Source: Paraspadella gotoi
Taxonomy: Eukaryota > Animalia > Chaetognatha
Assembly: GCA_051294375.1 (NCBI GenBank)
Contig: CM119268.1
Location: 4,241,715 to 4,300,571 of the forward strand
DNA length: 58,857 bases
Direction of reading: 5' to 3'
Every line of letters starts with the position of its first letter. The first letter of the stretch is position 1. Under the pieces are notes generated by a model. That model worked only from the letters and a program-made list of their open reading frames with translations, had not been told where the DNA came from and did not search any database. Positions 35,620 through 48,458 of the stretch are shown one piece after another. The position numbers and the translations under genes are program-made.

Positions 35620-35909
35620 AGTTATTGCCGCGAGTGCTCGCGGAGCAACTCTATAAATCACTTTTTGGTCGATCTGTCGTCGGTCGGTCGGTCCGTTGAT
35701 ATGACTCTCCGTCGGTCTGTCCCACTTATGTTAAAAATGAATATATTTTGCCTATAGTTGGTTGCTCATTTATTACGACAGAAAAAACCTGAAATCTAAG
35801 AGACTGCTAGCGCCGCCTTGAGGAATTTCTAAAACTATAAGGAACGAAAGACGGAATGTTATCAAAAAAAAATAGACGTTAAAATAAAGTTACTGCGGCG
35901 CAACATATT
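35620..35909 (+). mobile_element. HINE/DINE-1-like element, family A, copy 3
   Basis: ccgcgagtgctcgcggagcaactctata hairpin start, (GTCG)n tract, cccactta body, gactgctagcgccgcctt, and tactgcggcgcaaca end at the N gap. Confidence 0.7.
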
Positions 35910-36498
35910 NNNNNNNNNNNNNNNNNNNNNNNNNNNNNNNNNNNNNNNNNNNNNNNNNNNNNNNNNNNNNNNNNNNNNNNNNNNNNNNNNNNNNNNNNNN
36001 NNNNNNNNNNNNNNNNNNNNNNNNNNNNNNNNNNNNNNNNNNNNNNNNNNNNNNNNNNNNNNNNNNNNNNNNNNNNNNNNNNNNNNNNNNNNNNNNNNNN
36101 NNNNNNNNNNNNNNNNNNNNNNNNNNNNNNNNNNNNNNNNNNNNNNNNNNNNNNNNNNNNNNNNNNNNNNNNNNNNNNNNNNNNNNNNNNNNTCTCGTCT
36201 CAGCTGCTTCCGGTTTCCTTTTCTTTGTTGGGGGGAAAGTATTCCAGTTTATTTTGTTTTTTCAAAAAGATTATTTTAGAAGGATAGTCGAATACAACAA
36301 CATAATACACTAACAAAAAGAAAGAAAACGACAACAACGAAGATAAGAAGAGCGTACCACGAAGACTAAACTGCGGAATTGTGGCAAGGACTGAAACGAG
36401 AGAGAACCGCCTAAGGAAACGCAACTATCATAACGAAAAGAACACCATCAACCGGGTGAGTTTGACAGGGCGCAGAAAAAGAGGGAGAGAGAGAGTGG

Positions 36499-36531
<33 letters not shown>

Positions 36532-36777
36532 GAGAGGAAAATATAAAGTAAGAGTTGACCCGCGGGTATTTCTCTCCCTCCTGCCGCCGCGGCCGATGTC
36601 CGCTGCTCGGAATGCTTCACCTTACTTCCGGTTGACCCCAAGAAATGGTCGGAACGTGACTCACCACGAGACGGACCGACCGACCGAACCTCGAAGTTCA
36701 ATATCTTTCCTTACCTTTTCCCTACTTTTTTTCGCTTAATCTTAGCTTAGAGAGAGAGAGAAAGAGAGAAAAAAGAG

Positions 36778-36808
<31 letters not shown>

Positions 36809-38693
36809 ACGGAGAGAGAGAGAGAGAGAGAGAAGATTTTTGATTTTGATGATTGATTTATTTATGTCAAAATCGTGAATGTTTTAACACAGTAAACATG
36901 TACAGTTAATGGAGCACCCCTACTATACATTGTATGTACACATTTTAAAAAAATTTGTAAATAAAATTAACGACAAAACAAAAAATACAAAGTGGACTAA
37001 TTATATACATAGTTTTTAAATTTCAGAGAGGAGAGAACGAGAGAAAAGATAGAGAGAGAAGGAGAAGGAGAGAGAGAGAGAGAGAGTTAGGAGATAGAGA
37101 TGGAAAAAGGTACGGACATAAGGTGACAGAAATAAAAAATAAAATACTGGGAGTAAAAAAGGACCCCAGAATAGAAAACGAGATCAGTGAATAAGGATAA
37201 TAAAAAGGAAAAGAAAGGAAATATTTTGAAAATAGGAATAACTAAGTGAAATGCAAAGGAAATTCAGGAATAAGGAAATTAAAAATAGAATAAAAAAGAA
37301 GAAAGGTCGAAATTTCTTCCGAAATAGCAAAAGATATATGAAATACTTGGAATGAAAATAACGGAAAGAAGAGCAATGAAGTTTGCCGCGATATACTGTG
37401 GACTTACCTATTGTCGTCAATACATGTGATACTTACAAGTATGAAATATATTTAGTCAAAATGAAACTTTTATTACCGGAGTTATTTAAAACGTAAATAT
37501 GTACAGAAAGACAGATGCCGACTGAAAAAAAGGGTTAAATGTTGTTAAGAGAATTTAAAGGAAGTGAAAAAGTCTAAAGAAATTAAACTGAGTAAAATAA
37601 AAAAAACTAAAAGACCATCGAAAAATGTCTGTATTCTTTCCTCTCTCTCTACTTGCTTTTATACCATGTTCTATATGTTGTGTCTATGCTATGTTATATA
37701 TTATATATATATTGTATTAATGTTCTCTCTGCTAATTCATAAATAGTCATTCCTATAGTTAGTCCTCCGTTTTTCTTACCTTTCTCTTTTTTATATATTC
37801 TATCTTTTGCCCTTTTTTTCCCTTCCCCTTTCCTCCTATTTGACCTTTCTTCTTCCTTCCTTTCCTATTTAAACTCTCTCTCCATCCTTTTCTCTTTCCC
37901 GACTGAAGATGATAAAAGATTTACGGGATTTTCCTTTAGTTCCTTATATCGACTTCATTTCTCCTTCATATTTCTTTTTTCCCCCTTTTTTTTCCTTTTA
38001 TATTTCCTTTGCTTCCGAGTATCTGACGGAGCGAAAGAGAGAGGTGAAAAGAAGAGAGATGGAGAGAAGAGTAGAGAGATGTATTGAGATGAGAGAGAGA
38101 AGAGGAGATGAGAGGCAGTAGAGAGAGTATGAGAGATGAGGAGAGAAAGTAGTAGAGAGAGAGATCTGATGATCTTCGTTTAACGTTATGACGTGATCAT
38201 CGTCATAAATCGATTCGCGATAAAAAAAATAATTCTGGATAAAAAAACAAATAAAAAATCCATGCCATAAATATAGCAGTTTGGAGTTTTAGTTAATAAA
38301 GAAAAAAATTATAATTAAAATCATTAGTGACAAAAATTAACAAGAATATTTCATTGATATTAATTACATAAACAAAAATATTGCAATAAAATTCATTGCC
38401 AAATAATTTTTTTTTAAATTATTGCCAAGAAAAATTGATACCTGACAAAATTATCATGAAATCATTACGAAATTATCATTAAAACAAATTTAAAATAATA
38501 AAAAACATTTGTTATAAATTTTTTATGACTTAATCATGAGAAAAACAATTGTCATAACAAGTGTGGAGAAGAAGTTTCATGATTTATCCCCTTGTTCAAA
38601 AAAAAAAAAAAAAAAACGAAATCAGAATTATCCTTTTTCGGTCGTATTTCGAGAGAAGCGGGAAAGAACTGATATTTCTTTTTCGCGGGTGCG

Positions 38694-39050
38694 TCACTGT
38701 ATCCGTTTTTGGGTTACTGTATCCAAAGCAAAGTATTTGGTCACTGCATCCAGAGTACTAGGTAACTATACTATATAAAGTAAAATATTACGCTTAATGT
38801 ATCAAAAGAAGAGTATTTTGTCACTGAATCAAAATTAAAGGATGTGGTCATGTATCTGTATCTGTATCTGTATCTGTCATTTTACTGTTATCCAAAGCAA
38901 ATATTTGTTCTTCTGTATCCAAAGCAAAAAGTGTTTTCAAGTCACTGTTATCAAAAATCCAAAATATACTGTTAAACTGTATCAAAAGCCAGTTATTACG
39001 TCAATGCTATCAAAAGCAGAGTATTTGGTCACTGCATGCCAAAGCAGATT
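38694..39050. repeat. Degenerate ~27-28 bp tandem repeat
   Basis: Recurrent cactgtatccaaagca.agtatttggt; the matching part of copy B falls in the N gap 46794-47380. Confidence 0.75.
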
Positions 39051-39213
39051 GGGGAAAATCATTCCGTTGATTCGCCATCTTAATGGATTTTCCTTTTTCC
39101 GATTACAAGTTGTTATAATGTATCTTTGAACAAGCCAGGCCTGAATAATGAGAATCTGTGTTACAAAAGAAATGAGAGAGAGAGGAGAGAGATGAGAGAG
39201 AGAGCACGAAGGC

Positions 39214-39248
<35 letters not shown>

Positions 39249-39384
39249 AGAGAGAGAGAGGACTCGCTGAATTATAAACAGCCATGGAATCATTTTTTTC
39301 TCTCTTCTTTTTCTCTTTTCAAATTTGTTCCTTTCTAATTCTTAACCGTATTTTTTTCGTTCCCCCTCCCGAAAAAAAAGCATT

Positions 39385-39678
39385 CTTCGTTCATTTCTCA
39401 TTCATTTCGTTCATTCTTCGTTCATTCGTTCATTCTTCATTCATTTCGTTTATTCTCATCATTTTGTTCATCTCTTTCATTCTCATTCATTTGGTTCATT
39501 CTTCATTCATTTCAGTCATTTCTCATTTATTTCATTCATTTATCGTTCATTCTTTCGTTCCATTATTCATTCATTCGTTCATCTCATTAATTTCGTTCAT
39601 CTCACCCATTTCGTTCATTCTCATCATTTCGTTCATTCTCATTTTCATTTTAGTTCATTCTCATTCATTTCGTTCACT
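39385..39678. repeat. ~19-bp TTCA-rich minisatellite (also at 47466-47758)
   Basis: Unit tttcgttcattctcattca, cleanest at 47690-47757. Confidence 0.85.
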
Positions 39679-41494
39679 AGTTTTTTTTTCAATTACGTAA
39701 TTCGGGCATCTCACGTTTTCTCACGTTGATTTTTTTTCTTTGCTCAAATATCAGGGGAATTTGTACAAAATTTCGGTCCAGTCGAAGGATCACATCTTTT
39801 TCATCATCGATAATAACTTTAAATTTTAAATAGCTAAATCTCTCCATTGCTATGTTTGCTATTATTATTATGTCTTTTTTCTCTTTCAAAGATTCGATAG
39901 GCACATTACGATATCCACGTGACTGGGATCGCCGCATCGTTCCTTCATCGCTTTCACATCGCACCTCTCTCCTTTTTCTCAACTTCTATCACTATTTCAA
40001 CTTCTTTCAACTTCTTTCAACTTCTTTCTCTCTTCTTTCAACTTCTTTCTCTCATTCCTTCTTTCTCTTCTTCTCTCCTCGATTGTTCTTTTCTTTTCCT
40101 TTCGGTCCTCCTAATTTATTACTCATCGCGTTTTCGTAATTAAGTCGGCATATTCTTGATTGTTAGCAGAGAGAGAGAGATAGAGAGAGAAGGACGAGAT
40201 GAGAGAGAGAGATCTTAAAAAGCCGCCCTTTTTCGATCAACGAAAAAGAATCTCAATTTCCGATAAAATGAAAATCGTGAATATTTCCCTTTTTTTCATC
40301 TCTATCTTATAAAATTTAGTTTTGTTTTTCATTTTCCGCAATTTTTCAATTTAGCATCGCAAACAACCATTATTTTTATCAACTCATTTCTAAATCTTCC
40401 TTACGAAATATCTAATTCCTCGGCTCTCGACTGACCATTTTCGAGTTCAACATCCGACTGACCAACCAAGAAATGACCTTCGACCTTCACCCACTCAAAA
40501 GCGACGCTTCACCGGTTCCAATCCATCACCACCTCCCCCCCCCTTCCACCCCACTTCTCTTTTCTCCCCCACCCCTCCGTCTAAAACGCATCTTGCGATT
40601 AACGAAGACAAATGGTCTCCAGTTTTTGAATAAAAATTTTATAAAAAGAAGATTTTGGGTAAAATCAAAATCGTAAAAAGAGAAACATGAGATGAAAGGA
40701 GTACAAGGCCCGCTAAGTGGGCAGCAGTCTTCCGCAGGACTTGTGCTTCCGCTGTTAGGAGACAGCGATCCTGTCTTGGAACCAGAACCAGGACCGCGAG
40801 GGTCTCACGTAGGGTAGGTACCGTTGCGGGTCGTTCTCGGTACCTAACGGTCACGAGACGATGGCTTTTACTCAATGAGCCACCGGCAACTTCGAGCAAT
40901 GCCCACTTTTTCCACATCAGCCCTCGTCTCAGCATTAAGCACCGATCCTCACACCAATCCTTCTCTATCTCTCTCCCCAGATTGGACTTCCTTCCCCCAA
41001 CTTGTCGACCTTCCCTACCCAACGTGACCCAATTTAATCCCCTCGCGATTCCCGACATTCATTGTGACGACGAACCTGGAGGAACCATAGTTATTACGTC
41101 TTCCTCTTTCCATCTCTTGTCCTCTTCGTATGTTTATTTAATCCATTTTTATTTTATAATTGTATTATTTTGTATTTCACTTCTTTCCTTTAAATTAAAA
41201 TTTATTTTTTTAATTTAATATGTCAATTATTAAAAAGGTTATCCTTACACATGCCGTAAAAAATATTTGAAAAATATTGGTTACGTATTTTAAAAGGTCT
41301 TTATTTTATTGAATAAATAAGACTTCTCTTATGCGCACAATCTTATATTTTTACCCTAATTTATTAAGAATCATTGAAAATTATTTCAATTAAGTTAATA
41401 TTAATATATTACTTCATATTAATATTAATATTAATATTCAATTAATATATATAAAAACCTTTTCTTCTTAGTAGTGAGCTGAGAAGAAAAGAAA

Positions 41495-41625
41495 GAAGGG
41501 AAAGGAAGGAAGGAAGGAAGGAAGGAAGGAAGGAAGGAAGGAAGGAAGGAAGGAAGAAGAAGGAAGGAGGGAAGGAAAGGAAGGAAGGAAAGGAAGGAAG
41601 GAAGAAAGGAAGGAAGGAAGGAAGC
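41495..41625. repeat. (GGAA)n microsatellite (also at 49741-49928)
   Basis: Tandem ggaa run. Confidence 0.95.
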
Positions 41626-42020
41626 GCGAAAGAAGAAGGAGGAAAATGTTCGAAGAGAAGACGAAGAAGGAGAAATAAAGATGTATAGAAAGAAGGATAC
41701 GAAGTATTAGAAGACAAAGAAGAAGAAGCCTTTGGTTCTGAAGAACGTAAAAAAAATGACATTATGATGGTTGATTTGAGAAAGAGAGAAGGAAGACGAG
41801 CCGAAAGAGAAGAGAAGGGAAGCAGATACTTCAACTTTATTGCTTAATTTAAAGACAGAAAATTATATATCAGTATTTAAATTTGCTCTGAGAAAAATTA
41901 CATAAGTATTTTTAAAAGGAGTTTTTAAGTAATGACAGTTGTAAGTGAGCTATCTTTTCACGACTCATCATCCAAAATAAAAATAAAAAATTTTTATTGC
42001 TCTTTAAAAACGAGCGCGTT

Positions 42021-42056
42021 TTCTGATTGGTTAAATACGACTAAAGTTGATTGGTC
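42021..42056. promoter_or_regulatory. Tandem inverted CCAAT boxes (candidate NF-Y promoter)
   Basis: tgATTGGt at 42026 and 42050, 24 bp apart, identical in copy B (50310, 50334), immediately before a complex GC-richer island. Confidence 0.35.
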
Positions 42057-44481
42057 AAAAGTCCGTAAAGAGTGAAGCACGAAGTGGAGCTGAAAAATGA
42101 CTTAGCCCCCTCTAGCAGCCACAAAACGGCATTATCATGGGGCCCGAATCCTAGCTTGGCCCTTTGGGGAATAATCGATCGCCCCCCACGGAGACTCATT
42201 CTTCTGATAGGCGTAGCTCAGGAATTAGATAACGTCAAGATTGTGCGGAAAAAGTCTCATTTTGCGGAGAGAACCTTGCAATGTCCGCTTCCACCTGGAC
42301 CATTTACAAAAGAAACATTTTCGTGTCTGGTCAAGAGTTTTCTTTACAACTTTTGCCTAAAGCAAAACATCTTTCATGTAGTCATGGATACAAGTTATGT
42401 CACACGGACCCACAGACCTACGTAGGGTAACGTTCCTGCGGTTAGACTGCCCTACCCCTCGAAATTAGTCCCGACGGTGGGGTTAAGGGGTGGAAGGAAG
42501 ATGGGGTTGAAAAGGAGGGTGAGGGGGGGACTAGGGGGGCGGCGGAGACTTGGGATGCCGAAAGTCATATTTTAGTTAATCCCGATTCCCGCACCGAAAG
42601 GACCGTAAACCATTTCATGCCTCATAAAAATCTTTGGCCGGAGAAAAAAAAGGGCTAATAAGAGAGGGCAAAAGGAGAGAGGGAAGGAGAGAGGGTGAGA
42701 GGGAGAGTGGAAAAGCGCGGGAGAGAGAAAAGGAGAGAGGGAAAAGGAGATAGAGGAGAGGGAGGAGGGAAGAGACGAAAGGGAGAAGGGAAAAGGGAGA
42801 GGGAGGGGAGGGGGGAGAGAAAGAGGGAAAGGGGAGAGGAAAAGAGGGAAAGAAGGGAAAAAGAGACGAAAAATGGGTTTAGGTATTTAAAATAGAAGAT
42901 AGTGTTATGTATATATTTTTATAAAAAAAATAAGAGAGAGAAGAGAGAAAGTTGTTCCAAGGAGTGCAGAGATAGAGAGAGAGAGAGAGAGAAGAGAGAG
43001 AGAGGAGAGAGAGAGAGAGGAGAGAGAAGAGAGAGAGAGAGATGAGAGAGAGAAGAGAGAGAAAGAAAGAAAAAAGAAAGAAAAGAGAGAAAGTGTTTCC
43101 AAGGGAATGCAGTGACCCGAGCGACATCTTTCTCATTTTGACTCCCACTATTGCGATGGGTCATCCCCCGCTTGGGGGCGCCGGGGGCGGCCCTGGGTCG
43201 CCGCCGCGAAACGTAATCAGTTTGGAGCCGACGTTGGCCGATTTGGTCGGGTCTTGGTCGATTTTGGAGGGCTTGGCCGAAATCAAATATACTGATCAGT
43301 TTACTGTCAAGCATGTCCGGATTGGTTAGGCTGCGGTTTGGGTCGGCATGCACCGGGAAATAGGATAAAGTTGAATTAGTTGGCCGTCCTAGCCCGGCAT
43401 GACCGGTATTTGCCGGATTTTTGCAGGGCTTTGCCTGGTTTGGCCGGGCTTGGCCGTAAATCAAATAGAAAATTGTCCGGACAAACATTTGTCGCAATTG
43501 ACAAAGCCGTAAATAAATCAGCGTTTGTCACTGAGCGTGAAATAATCGCGTCTGAGCTGGAATCAACCAGTTAGAGCAATCACCGACTCACCAGTAGACC
43601 AAAAACCAATCAATTTGAAAACCAATCAAACTTAAACCAATCAGCTTTCGAATTTGATTGAAAAAAAAAGAAGTTAAAATACAATTTTCGTAAGTTCTAA
43701 AATTACTCAAAACCGAGTTGAGCTCGATTTTGGAGAAAAAAGTAACATTTAGCATGGTTAATGTTAAATTTGTTAATGTAGAGTAATGTAATTAGTGTAA
43801 TATAATGTAGTGTGTCATGTAGAAAGGGGAAAATTTGAGAATCTGGAAATGCGAGCGGGTGTTGGGCGATATAAGCGCTGGGGCCACTGGGCTTATTTAT
43901 GAAAACAAGGATAATTTCTATATTGATTGCTACCAATTGATAATAAGATGAAAAAATTAAAGTATCTTACGACCGACACGCCCAAAAACACTCTATTACT
44001 TTCTCGAGTCGTCGGCGACGAATAAATTTCCGGATCAGACGCTCACCAGCACAGTCCGCCATTTTCCTCAGTGGCAAGTCTCTCTCACGGGAGTGAAAGG
44101 GCTTTAATTAGTTTTATTAGCTTTTCTTTTTTTTTCTTTTTTTTTTTTGTGTTCATCAAACTAGAAATTTCATTCTTTTTTTATTCCGAATTTTCTTAAT
44201 TTCTTATTTCGTCTGGAAAAAAAATTCTGTCTGGAATTTTCGTTTTTAATTAGTGAAGACATTAATTACTAATTTCGACCAATTAAAGTTGGACTCATAA
44301 AATTGGTTTTGCGGGCGTAAGGATTTTTCTTTTCCTTTACCTTTTACGCTTGCTTTTTTTCACTTTTTTTTCTTATCTTTCTTATTTATTTATTCTTCTT
44401 TCTTTTTTCTCTTTTTTGAGAATCATTTTTGTCGCGGGGAGTATTCAACGTTAATGATTGCAAAAGAAATTTTTAACACTA

Positions 44482-44706
44482 ATTATTATAATATATTATA
44501 TTATTATATTGGAAAGAACAGTGTATATGTTAGTGACAGAACCGATTCAATATGCAGTCCCCATGAGCTTCGGATCAGTCTTAGTACGCGTGTATACAGG
44601 TGGGTTAAGCGGCCCGTCCCTCTTAAACTGCGAGGCGACCACCGGACTAGAACCCCGGACCTTTGGTGCGGGGAGGCGAAGGACTTAGCCTCCGGATCAT
44701 GGCCTC
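44482..44706 (-). mobile_element. tRNA-derived SINE
   Basis: Minus strand: gaggccatgatccggaggctaag (A-box-like head), ggttctagtcc (B-box-like, 44644-44654), ~130 bp body, (AAT)-rich tail. No clean cloverleaf. Confidence 0.65.
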
Positions 44707-44934
44707 TGATGACGGTATGGATTTAATCCACCATACTATTTTATTATTATTATTTTTTTTTTTTTTTGTTCAGAAATGAGCATCGGATCGACGAAAAAAA
44801 CAACCTAAAATGTTGGCCGCGAGTCGGACAACTCATAAATACGAAAAAGCTAAAATAAGGTCGACTTTTAATGGCTCTGAGAGGAAGAGAGAGAGAGACG
44901 AGAGAGAGAAGAGAGCAGAGAGAGAAGGAGAGAT

Positions 44935-44972
<38 letters not shown>

Positions 44973-45394
44973 AGAGTTCAATTTCTCTCCTTCTACTTGT
45001 TTTTTTTTTTTTGTCTGCGATCTAAAAACCTCCTCCCACTTTTTTCCATTTTCTTTGTCAAGTTGTTCAAGTGATTATTTTCCAACCTTCTCGGGGATAT
45101 TTTACCTCGATGCTCACACGAGTTTGAATCGAAATATATGCTGAAATTGTTAAAAAAAAAAGAGAAGAAACTCGATTTTCCTCGACAGAGGTCGCTTCTG
45201 TTTATCTATAATTTTCTAGTTCATCATTCTATCTTTTTTTTTTTTAATTTTTCCTCACTAATTCTCCACCTTTCCTTGGACCCAAGTTTTCTTTCTCCCT
45301 CGACCTCAAAACTTTCCCCATCTTGACTCCATCTCTCTCTCTCCTTTTCACAGATTTCTCGCCTTTTTGTNNNNNNNNNNNNNNNNNNNNNNNN

Positions 45395-45395
45395 N

Positions 45396-45431
<36 letters not shown>

Positions 45432-46545
45432 CGGACAAAAGGTGACAGGAATAAGACGAAATAAAAAATCTGGGAGTAAAAAAGGACCCAGAATAGAAAA
45501 CGAGAATCAGTGAATAAGGATATAAAAAAGGAAAAGAAAGGAAATCAGTGAAAAAGGAAATAACAAGGAAATGAAAGGAAATCAGTGAATAAGGAAATAA
45601 AAAAGAAAAAGAAAGGAAAGGCCAAATTCCGAAAAGAAAAGAAATGAAATAACGGAAAAAGAAGAAGCAAAATGTTGCGCGACTGTGACTTCCTATGTCG
45701 TAATCACGTGACTACACAAGTATGAAACATATTTAGTCAAAAAGAAACTTTATTACCGGAGTTATTTAAAACGTAAATATGACAGAAAGACAGACCGACT
45801 GAAAAAAAAGGGTAAATGTTGTGAAGAATTTAAAGGAAGGAAGAAAAGATAAAGAATTAAAGAGTAAAATAAAAAACAACAGACCATCTAAAAATTGTCT
45901 GTACTTCTTTCTCTCTCTCTCCTACTTGCGTTTATAAATGTCTAATATTGTCGATGCATGTATAATATTGTATATATTGTATATGTTCTCTCTGTATCAA
46001 AAATAGTGAGTCCCCTTCTTACCCTTCTCTGTTTAATACCTTCCTTTTTTTATTGCCCTTCCCCCCTTCCTCCTATTGACCTTTTCTTCTTCCTCCTTTC
46101 CTATTTAACTCTCTCTCCATCTTTCTCTTCCCGACTGAAGATGATAAAGATTTACGGATTTTCCTTTAGTTCCTTATATCGACTTCATTTCTCCTTCATA
46201 TTTCCTTTTTTCCCCCTTTTTTTTCCTTTTATATTTCCTTTTGCTTCGAGTATCGTGACGCGAGCGAAAGAGGAGTAGGTGAAAGAAAGAGAGATGAGAG
46301 AGAGTAGTAGTTAGATGTAGATGGTATTGAGATGAGATGAGAGAAGAGGAGGATGAGAGGATTAGGTAAGAGAGAGTATGAGAGGTTATGATGAGAGAGA
46401 AAAGTAGTGTAGAGAGAGAGATTGATGACTTTCTTGACGTTTTTTTGAACGTTATGACGTGATCATCGTCATAACATTCGGGCGTAATAAAAAAATTCTG
46501 GGATAAAAAAAAAATATGAAAAATCATGCATATATGCAGTTTTTG

Positions 46546-46576
<31 letters not shown>

Positions 46577-48426
46577 CTTTTATTTTTCTTTTTTTTTTTT
46601 TTNNNNNNNNNNNNNNNNNNNNNNNNNTATTTCATGATATTAATTACATAAACAAAAATATTGCAATAAAATTCATTGCCAAATAATTTTTTTTAAATTA
46701 TTGCAAGAAAAATTGATACCTGACAAAATTATCATGAATCATTACGAAATTATCATTAAACAAATTAAAATAATAAAAAAACATTGTTAAAATNNNNNNN
46801 NNNNNNNNNNNNNNNNNNNNNNNNNNNNNNNNNNNNNNNNNNNNNNNNNNNNNNNNNNNNNNNNNNNNNNNNNNNNNNNNNNNNNNNNNNNNNNNNNNNN
46901 NNNNNNNNNNNNNNNNNNNNNNNNNNNNNNNNNNNNNNNNNNNNNNNNNNNNNNNNNNNNNNNNNNNNNNNNNNNNNNNNNNNNNNNNNNNNNNNNNNNN
47001 NNNNNNNNNNNNNNNNNNNNNNNNNNNNNNNNNNNNNNNNNNNNNNNNNNNNNNNNNNNNNNNNNNNNNNNNNNNNNNNNNNNNNNNNNNNNNNNNNNNN
47101 NNNNNNNNNNNNNNNNNNNNNNNNNNNNNNNNNNNNNNNNNNNNNNNNNNNNNNNNNNNNNNNNNNNNNNNNNNNNNNNNNNNNNNNNNNNNNNNNNNNN
47201 NNNNNNNNNNNNNNNNNNNNNNNNNNNNNNNNNNNNNNNNNNNNNNNNNNNNNNNNNNNNNNNNNNNNNNNNNNNNNNNNNNNNNNNNNNNNNNNNNNNN
47301 NNNNNNNNNNNNNNNNNNNNNNNNNNNNNNNNNNNNNNNNNNNNNNNNNNNNNNNNNNNNNNNNNNNNNNNNNNNNNNNNCTCTCTTCTTTTTCTCTTTT
47401 CAAATTTGTTCCTTTCTGAATTCTTAACCGTATTTTTTTCGTTCCCCCTCCCGAAAAAAAAAGCATTCTTCGTTCATTCTCATTCATTTCGTTCATTCTT
47501 CGTTCATTTCGTTCATTCTCATTCATTTCGTTTATTCTCATTCATTTTGTTCATTCTTCGTTCATTCTCATTCATTTTGTTCATTCTCATTCATTTCGGT
47601 CATTCTCATTTATTTCATTCATTTATCGTTCATTCTTCGTTCATTATCATTCATTTCGTTCATTCTCATTAATTTCGTTCATTCTCATCCATTTCGTTCA
47701 TTCTCATTCATTTCGTTCATTCTCATTCATTTAGTTCATTCTCATTCATTTCGTTCACTAGTTTTTTTCAATTACGTAATTCGGCATCTCACGTTTTTCT
47801 CACATGATTTTTTTCTTTTGCTCAAATATCAGGGAATTTGTACAAATTTCGGTCCAGTCGAAGGATCACATCTTTTTCATCATCGATAATAACTTTAAAA
47901 TTTTAAATTAGCTAAATCTCTCCATTTGCTATTGTTTGCTATTACTTATTATGTCTTTTTTTCTCTTTCAAGATTCGATAGGCACATACGATATCACGTC
48001 ACTGGATCGCCGCATCGTTTCCTTCATCGCTTTCACATCGCACCTCTCTCTTTTTCTCACTTCTATCACTTTCAACTTCTTTCAACTTCTTTCAACTTCT
48101 TTCTCTCTTCTTTCAACTTCTTTCTCTCTTCCTTCTTTCTCTTCTCTCTCCCTCGATTGTTCTTTTCTTTTCCTTTCGGTTCCTCCTAATTTATTTACTC
48201 ATCGGTTTCGTAATTAAGTCGGATTATTTTCTTGATTGTAGCAGNNNNNNNNNNNNNNNNNNNNNNNNNNNNNNNNNNNNNNNNNNNNNNNNNNNNNNNN
48301 NNNNNNNNNNNNNNNNNNNNNNNNNNNNNNNNNNNNNNNNNNNNNNNNNNNNNNNNNNNNNNNNNNNNNNNNNNNNNNNNNNNNNNNNNNNNNNNNNNNN
48401 NNNNNNNNNNNNNNNNNNNNNNNNNN

Positions 48427-48458
<32 letters not shown>

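Larger units (their letters stand above)
37070..45360 (+). repeat. ~8.3 kb tandem segmental duplication, copy A
   Basis: Collinear with 45395-53640 throughout (e.g. 37461/45741 gaaactttattaccggagttatttaaaacg; 40821/49071 taccgttgcgggtcgttctcggtacc; 42023/50307 ctgattggttaaatacgac). Confidence 0.95.

Noticed and set aside
43600-43645. Triple CCAAT cluster
   Set aside because: Not preserved in copy B, so it may be sequencing noise.
44630-44706. Functional tRNA gene
   Set aside because: The boxes are degenerate, there is no convincing acceptor stem, and it continues into a body and simple-repeat tail typical of a SINE.
44705-44740. Hammerhead ribozyme (ctgatga plus gtatgg..ccatac stem)
   Set aside because: The stem is followed by tatt, not GAAA, in the copies where it is readable.
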